Below are positions 62,980-64,000 of a stretch of DNA of 64,000 bases, piece after piece. The stretch spans positions 1 through 64,000 of the forward strand of contig MQRK01224546.1 of NCBI GenBank assembly GCA_001938485.1. The letters run 5' to 3'. Below the pieces are notes generated by a model that was not told the origin of the DNA, searched no databases, and worked only from the letters and a program-made list of their open reading frames with translations. The position numbers and the translations under genes are program-made. The stretch comes from Girardia tigrina (lineage: Eukaryota). How positions within the stretch are numbered: position 1 is the stretch's first letter; each line of letters starts with the position of its first letter.

Positions 62980-64000
62980 ATTTTTTGTAAGAAAATGTAA
63001 ATTATTTAAGGGTAAAATTTTTGTAAAAAATATAAGATTATTTAAGATCAAAATATTGTAAAATTCTTTGTAAAAAAATATATAAGATTATTTAAGATCA
63101 AAATATTGTAAGATTTTTGTAAAAAAATGTAAGATTATTTTAGATTTAATATTGTAAAATTTTTTGTAAAAAAATATAAGATTATTTAAGATCAAAATAT
63201 TGTAAAATTCTTTGTAAAAAAATATAAGATTATTTAAGATTTAATATTGTAAAATTTTTTGTAAAAAAATATAAGATTATTTAAGATTTAATATTGTAAA
63301 ATTCTTTGTAAAAAAATGTAAGATTATTTAAGATTTAATATTGTAAAATTCTTAGTAAAAAAATGTAAGATTATTTTAGATTTAATATTGTAAAATTCTT
63401 TGTAAAAAAATATAAGATTATTTAAGATTTAATATTGTAAAATTCTTTGTAAAAAAATATATAAGATTATTTAAGATCAAAATATTGTAAAATTCTTTGT
63501 AAAAAAATATATAAGATTATTTAAGATCAAAATATTGTAAGATTTTTGTAAAAAAATGTAAGATTATTTTAGATTTAATATTGTAAAATTTTTTGTAAAA
63601 AAATATAAGATTATTTAAGATCAAAATATTGTAAAATTCTTTGTAAAAAAATATAAGATTATTTAAGATTTAATATTGTAAAATTNNNNNNNNNNNNNNN
63701 NNNNNNNNNNNNNNNNNNNNNNNNNNNNNNNNNNNNNNNNNNNNNNNNNNNNNNNNNNNNNNNNNAATATTGTAAAATTCTTTGTAAAAAAATATAAGAT
63801 TATTTAAGATTTAATATTGTAAAATTCTTTGTAAAAAAATATAAGATTATTTAAGATTTAATATTGTAAAATTCTTTGTAAAAAAATATAAGATTATTTA
63901 AGATTTAATATTGTAAAATTCTTAGTAAAAAAATGTAAGATTATTTTAGATTTAATATTGTAAAATTCTTAGTAAAAAAATGTAAGATTATTTAAGATTT
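62980..64000. repeat. 47-bp AT-rich minisatellite
   Basis: Unit AATATTGTAAAATTCTTTGTAAAAAAATATAAGATTATTTAAGATTT, about 20 copies, spans an N gap and runs off the window. Confidence 0.95.

Overview
AT-rich eukaryotic (animal) scaffold with assembly gaps. The 40-56 nt GT-AG micro-introns, a USP gene and the 18S fragment suggest a flatworm, possibly a planarian (inference only). Two apparently intact spliced host genes are present: a 7-exon UPF0764/C16orf89-like (DUF4735) gene on - (19754-33286) and a 2-exon universal stress protein gene on + (39450-42398). Most of the rest is nested, decayed mobile DNA: Chapaev3 > DD41D-type Tc1/mariner > 3.6-kb solo LTR carrying an LRR-Ig retrocopy; a NeSL-like RLE non-LTR element with a Ulp1-like domain; a Gypsy carrying a TM9SF1 cDNA; further Gypsy, mariner, hAT, piggyBac, BEL and Penelope remnants; an 18S pseudogene; and a terminal 47-bp minisatellite. 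The most notable item is a Polinton/Maverick (adintovirus-like) element (49466-57209). It keeps integrase, both capsids, core proteins, an ATPase C-terminus and an adenain protease, but has no pPolB. Its protease ORF is complete only if a 38-nt spliceosomal intron is removed, and it is flanked by a largely 21-bp-phased array of RFX X-box-like motifs. Candidate twister (9909-9988) and hammerhead (44458-44502) ribozymes were also found. All calls are by eye; no database searches were run.
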